A stretch of DNA of 32,000 nt from an uncultured archaeon. Lineage in GTDB: Archaea; Asgardarchaeota; Thorarchaeia; Thorarchaeales; Thorarchaeaceae. The position numbers and the translations under genes were made by a program. The DNA lies in assembly GCA_964354495.1 (NCBI GenBank), contig CAYHAA010000008.1, forward strand, positions 30,001 to 62,000, in the 5' to 3' direction. Positions 27,631 to 32,000 of the stretch are shown piece after piece (the stretch's first letter is position 1; each line of letters begins with the position of its first letter). The notes under the pieces were generated by a model. That model was not told where the DNA came from, did not search any database, and saw only the letters and a program-made list of their open reading frames with translations.

Positions 27631-28728
27631 TCATTGTGAGGCGTTACTAGCAGATGAGCGGATTTGCTGCTTCTCTATTTCAGGAGTGAATTGTCTGACC
27701 CGTTTGACTGCTCTCCACACCTTATATCCTACTTGGGCAACAAGTGCTTTCAACCGATTGTGTGTGCAAACTAGCCTTCCAAGCTCTATTTGATGGCCGC
27801 CCATGCTCTTCTTGAACTCCCTTACTCCGTACTCCTGCCCATGTCGCCCTGCTCCCCCGAAATCGAATAGTCTAAATCCATTTGCCACAGCCCATTCAAT
27901 GGCAGACCAGAAGCTGTACTCCCCGATACCAAGATCAGAATGCTGCATATCAGCCGAGTTGTACCATAGATAGATGACTTCCTTGAATGTCAAGAAGACT
28001 CCGACACCCACCAACGCTCCTTGGAGTCTGACACCCACCAATCGTGCAAGACTCTTTTCTTGAAGTACTGTTATCACTGACTCAAAAAGCGACTTCGGCG
28101 GCATAGGGACTCTGATCCGTTCGTAGGTTTGCTTCACAAGAGAATACAAATCGTCAAGACTGTCAATTGTCACGACAACAGATGATAACTCTGATTTGAG
28201 AGCCTTCCGAATACCTCTCTGTCTGTTCTTGTGAAGGCCCTCCCATAGTCTGTCCATGCCGACTGTGAGATCAATATGGATGTTAAGATGGTCGATATAC
28301 CCGTATCCAGCTGATTCAGCCAGATGGTTTATGTCTGCTCTTTGGGTGAGATTTCTGATTTCAGTGAAGACCGCTCTCTTACCAGCTTCCTTATTGTGCG
28401 CCTTGAGTATCTTTTCAACCAGAAAAGTTTTGTCGTTTCGATTTGAAATCAGAGGGCCGCCATACACCACTACCCTGCTTGAGAACCTGCTTGCTAATCG
28501 ACCGGGTTCTTCAATGCGAACACCTAGCATCAGGGCGATAAGGTCTCCATTCTCATCTAGGATTGCTGTGAAAACCGGCACGTATCGTTCAGTAGTGAGA
28601 TAGGCCCTATACATCTCTGGCGTCTGGAAAACGTTCCCGTCATCATTCTCTGTCACAAATCGACTCCATGCTAGCTCGTCTATCTCCCTAGGGTCGTGGA
28701 CAATGCGATAGTTATCCTTGGGATTCAT
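27631..28728 (-). CDS. FemABX-like (FemX-type, tandem GNAT) transferase, paralogue A
   Basis: W-x-x-FV...GNVFQTPEM, YGGP, IDLT...LHKNRQRGIRKALK, YLWYNS, FDFGGAG...GVREFKKSMGG. Confidence 0.85.
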   Translation of the reverse strand: MNPKDNYRIVHDPREIDELAWSRFVTENDDGNVFQTPEMYRAYLTTERYVPVFTAILDENGDLIALMLGVRIEEPGRLASRFSSRVVVYGGPLISNRNDKTFLVEKILKAHNKEAGKRAVFTEIRNLTQRADINHLAESAGYGYIDHLNIHIDLTVGMDRLWEGLHKNRQRGIRKALKSELSSVVVTIDSLDDLYSLVKQTYERIRVPMPPKSLFESVITVLQEKSLARLVGVRLQGALVGVGVFLTFKEVIYLWYNSADMQHSDLGIGEYSFWSAIEWAVANGFRLFDFGGAGRHGQEYGVREFKKSMGGHQIELGRLVCTHNRLKALVAQVGYKVWRAVKRVRQFTPEIEKQQIRSSASNASQ

Positions 28729-28759
28729 AGGTGTTGCTCCAGGAACTTCCTTGTCAGTT

Positions 28760-29788
28760 TCAACGAATAGCCCTCCAGATTCTAAAGCCCAGAGTCGCCA
28801 ATTTGTGTTTCAAATGGTTGTGCACACATTCGTATTTTCCAGTCTCTCGTGTCATGCCACCCAAGCGTTCTTTGAAGACTCTCACTCCACTTTCTTCTTC
28901 TAGCGGACCACCGCCACCAAAGTCAAACAGTGTAAAGCCGTTTTCCGCTCCCCATTCAAAGGTACTCCAAAACGCCAGTTCGTTGCAGTGGAATCGTGCG
29001 TACTCCATGCTTCCGGCGCAATACCAAGCATAGATTATGTCCTTGTACAACAAATTCACGACTACTGCTACAAGCTTTTCTTCATGTTTGACTCCTACAA
29101 ATCGTGCAAGACTCTTGCTCTGAAGAATGGACAAGACTGACTCGAAAAGCGACTTGCGGGGGACGGGGAATGCAATCCGCTGATATGTTTCCTCGAATAG
29201 AGCGTAAAGATCGTCTAAGTCTTCCATAGACACAACACATGCTGTCAGACCTTCCTTCATAGCTTTTCTTATTTGTTGTCTTCTCTTTGAAGCAAGATTG
29301 TTCCAGAGCTGCTCAATTCCAGGGGTCAGGTCAAGATACGTGCTAGCATGAGGAATGAAGTTGTACCCTGCAGCTTCAAAAAAGGGATGTAGATCAGCTG
29401 ACGGTGATAGGTTCCGCACTTCAGTGAACATTGCCTTACCATTCACATGCTTTGTATGTGCTCTCAATATCATCTCATGCAGAGCAGCTCTCCCATCTTC
29501 ATCAGATACTATGGGCCCGCCAGCCACAAGAACTCTGCTAGAGAATCTTCTCACGAATGATCCCATTTCCTCCTTGCGAGCTCCTAGCATCGTAGCAGCA
29601 ATATCTCCGCTCTTGTCCAAGATAGCAGTGAAGACTGGTTCGTATCCCTCGGTACTGAGATACACCTTGTACATCTCAGGAGCCTGGAAGATATTCCCTC
29701 TTGTGTTTGCTAACACGAAACTACTCCAAGCATCTTGATCCAGTTCGGTGGGTTCATGTACAATAGTAAATCCGCTTAAGGACTCCAC
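28760..29788 (-). CDS. FemABX-like (FemX-type, tandem GNAT) transferase, paralogue B
   Basis: WSSFV...GNIFQAPEM, AGGP, LDLT...LASKRRQQIRKAMKEG, YAWYCAG, FDFGGGG...GVRVFKERLGG. GTG start with AAGGTGGTG (29798-29806) 9 nt upstream. Confidence 0.85.
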   Translation of the reverse strand: MESLSGFTIVHEPTELDQDAWSSFVLANTRGNIFQAPEMYKVYLSTEGYEPVFTAILDKSGDIAATMLGARKEEMGSFVRRFSSRVLVAGGPIVSDEDGRAALHEMILRAHTKHVNGKAMFTEVRNLSPSADLHPFFEAAGYNFIPHASTYLDLTPGIEQLWNNLASKRRQQIRKAMKEGLTACVVSMEDLDDLYALFEETYQRIAFPVPRKSLFESVLSILQSKSLARFVGVKHEEKLVAVVVNLLYKDIIYAWYCAGSMEYARFHCNELAFWSTFEWGAENGFTLFDFGGGGPLEEESGVRVFKERLGGMTRETGKYECVHNHLKHKLATLGFRIWRAIR

Positions 29789-30206
29789 TCGGTATTACAC
29801 CACCTTGATTGGCGAAACTAGTCTAGAGCAACTTTGAAGCAATAATCTACTCCTTGTTAACGATGTTCAGACATGTGATAGGTTTACCTTCACCACGCCA
29901 CAATGATTGATATCCTTGGTGCGATTTAAGCCTTCTCGGAAATGAGTCTGCACTGTTGTTTTGCCATGAAGATGACTTATCAAAGCATTAGACTAGCTGC
30001 TCTGGATTTACGACAATCCTTTTGTATAGGAGCATGATGGCAAAGACATCCCGTGACTCTGCATACTGAAAATCAGCACCAGTACAAGAGGGGTAGAAAT
30101 CGAGCTGTAAGGAGGCTCTCCAACCGAATCAGAATGTGGATGAAATCTGACTCAGAACTGCTGCAAAACCAGGTCACGGGTAGGTCAGGTAGCCGTAGGT
30201 GTTGCC

Positions 30207-31559
30207 TTGGTGTCGACAAAAGATAGGATCTGCTTAACCTCATCAGACTCAAGAAGCCAAACACATTCAGCTGTTGTGGGAGAGGAGATTCTAAACAACC
30301 TCGGAGTGGTTGATGGGATGAGTCATATCTCATACCCGAGCACTGGGGCTTGGAGAATCGACACTCTGTCCTTTCAAGAGAGTAGGATGACGAAACTGAT
30401 TCTCAAACGACCCGAGACTTCTGTTTTTCCCATCTCTGCAAGATTCAGCAACGAACATCTAACAGGTGAAGCAATTTGCGAATTGTCAGATGGCACTCCA
30501 GCAATCACCCTTGAGGATCAGACACTCAAGTTCGGATTTGATCCCTTTGCAATGTATATTGCATCTTTGCAAGAGGGATTTCGGAGTAGTAGGATTAGTG
30601 CGCTCAAGCAGTCAGCGCTCATGATATACTGGTATATGCCACCAGTTGTGAGGAGAGGAGTGAGCAAGTTTTCAAGGAGCCATGAAACATCTCATGTGCG
30701 CTGTCTGAAAGACATAGGTGTACTCGGAATATGCAACAATGTGATAGTGCACCTGATAGAGCAGCATATGCTTGAGATTGGATTGTTGAAAAGACACACA
30801 GAGTCCTCTTTTGCCGTTATCACGCATGATATTGACACAGATTTCTGTCAGAAAGAGGGCAGGGAGCTAATCGCATCAATAGAAGAGAAGGAGAATGTTA
30901 AGGCCACATGGTTTTTCGTCCCCAGGTCTGTTCAATATTCTTTGGATACAAGAGGAGTACAGTGTTTAACAGAAGAAGGACATGAGATTGGGATGCATGG
31001 CTATTCTCACAGTGGAAAACTTGCACTCTACAATGCCAAAAACCTTGCCAAGCAACTACGAAAGGGCAAGAGAATCTTGGAGTCTACTGGAGCCGATGTG
31101 CAGTCTTTCCGGAGCCCGTATACCCTACGGTCACCACTCCTCCTCCCGACATTGGTAGATGAGGGGTTCGAGATCGATTCAAGCTATATGGACGCGAAAA
31201 CGTTTGGCGTGGCAGGTGGACTCAAGGGCTTGTCGTATAATAGACCCTTCAGGCCACCAAGTTATCAAAACAAATCACTCTCTAAGTTTCTACCACTCTG
31301 GGAAGTACCAATCGCATGCCCTCAAGATGTTCATCTCATAGAGAGCCTTAGGTTCACAAATGAGCAGGTGCTCAAGATGTGGAGCTATAAGGCAGACTTC
31401 TGTATGGATTTTGGAGGTGTTCTTGTCCTTTTGACTCATCCAGTTCACATAGTCAAGCGCATTGATGCCTTTGTTCAACTACTCAAGAACCTAAAAGCGA
31501 AGGGATTCCGAATCGTGCCTCTGAAGGACTTGCCGCATTCCACGGGGAAAGAGTGTTAA
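30207..31559 (+). CDS. CE4/NodB polysaccharide deacetylase with ~200-aa N-terminal extension, catalytic motifs intact
   Basis: ITHDID (motif 1), KATWFFV, GHEIGMHGYSH (motif 2), FRSPY (motif 3), DSSY, LWEVP, LLTHP (motif 5). TTG start with AGGTG upstream. No signal peptide or TM seen. Confidence 0.85.
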   Translation: MVSTKDRICLTSSDSRSQTHSAVVGEEILNNLGVVDGMSHISYPSTGAWRIDTLSFQESRMTKLILKRPETSVFPISARFSNEHLTGEAICELSDGTPAITLEDQTLKFGFDPFAMYIASLQEGFRSSRISALKQSALMIYWYMPPVVRRGVSKFSRSHETSHVRCLKDIGVLGICNNVIVHLIEQHMLEIGLLKRHTESSFAVITHDIDTDFCQKEGRELIASIEEKENVKATWFFVPRSVQYSLDTRGVQCLTEEGHEIGMHGYSHSGKLALYNAKNLAKQLRKGKRILESTGADVQSFRSPYTLRSPLLLPTLVDEGFEIDSSYMDAKTFGVAGGLKGLSYNRPFRPPSYQNKSLSKFLPLWEVPIACPQDVHLIESLRFTNEQVLKMWSYKADFCMDFGGVLVLLTHPVHIVKRIDAFVQLLKNLKAKGFRIVPLKDLPHSTGKEC

Positions 31560-32000
31560 AAGAACCAGCAAGAAAAAAAGCAGAGCTCGTCGAATAACCA
31601 GTATGGAGTCAAATCAGGAGGTGTCTGAAATCACAACAAGCATCGCGTTCATAGGGATTGAGATACAGGATACTGACTCAATTGTGTGTTATTGGTACCG
31701 ATTTTCTGACGAGACTGTCCTTCTTTGAGAAGTATCTTCTATCTTACTGTCTGATTAGTGTGAAATTGATATCGATTTTCTGGAAAGTATGTCCCTATTT
31801 GAGAGAATCGTACAAATTAAGGGGCGGAGAATTTTCCTAGAACACTTTATTATAGGTTACAGCTGCGTTCTCTGAGCCGGGTAACCTCGCAAATTGGAGA
31901 GAGATGCCCGCGGTATCGCACATATCGCGTGGAAGGGATGCGACTTACAGGAGAGACAGCGGCAGTCTAAGTGAGTGTGAGAGCTCACTAGTAATGGCAC

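Noticed and set aside
27631-29788. Fem genes as evidence of peptidoglycan synthesis or bacterial contamination
   Set aside because: No mur, mraY or PBP genes are in the window, Fem-like GNATs also occur in polysaccharide loci, and the flanking genes look archaeal. This cannot be fully excluded without the whole contig.
31560-32000. Possible genes at the right edge (31658-31840 ORF; frame open from ATG 31904 to the window end)
   Set aside because: They are short or truncated with no recognisable motif and cannot be supported from this window alone.

Overview
Archaeal genomic window, most likely from an Asgard archaeon (Thorarchaeia-like). The taxonomy is an inference from a TPR+longin/roadblock-type protein and giant repeat-built surface proteins; no rRNA marker is present. 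The left half (1-16074) is a cell-surface block. It holds a 5'-truncated >3080-aa type I membrane protein built from about 29 diverged 81-100 aa beta-rich repeats plus a 114-aa cytosolic helical tail, a convergent acidic-IDR/TPR/longin-like protein, and a 1649-aa secreted, C-terminally anchored protein. That third protein shares a ~245-aa module with the giant protein and has a BNR_4-like propeller inserted inside a split DUF2341-like domain. The right half (16742-31559) is a surface-glycan assembly and tailoring cluster in alternating orientations: GT4, Wzx-type flippase, CapK/phenylacetate-CoA-ligase-like enzyme, a doubly membrane-anchored CE4 deacetylase homologue that has lost its Asp-His-His metal triad, a GT-C-like polytopic protein, DUF354, a Cys/His-motif hypothetical protein, a radical SAM/SPASM enzyme, two tandem FemABX-like GNAT paralogues and an intact CE4 deacetylase. 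The best candidate for an undescribed system is a 'de-N-acetylate then re-(amino)acylate' glycan-editing pathway next to giant adhesin-like proteins whose N-glycosylation sequons are segregated by repeat type. All family assignments come from motif recognition by eye; no database search was run. No rRNA, tRNA, CRISPR array or mobile element was recognised.
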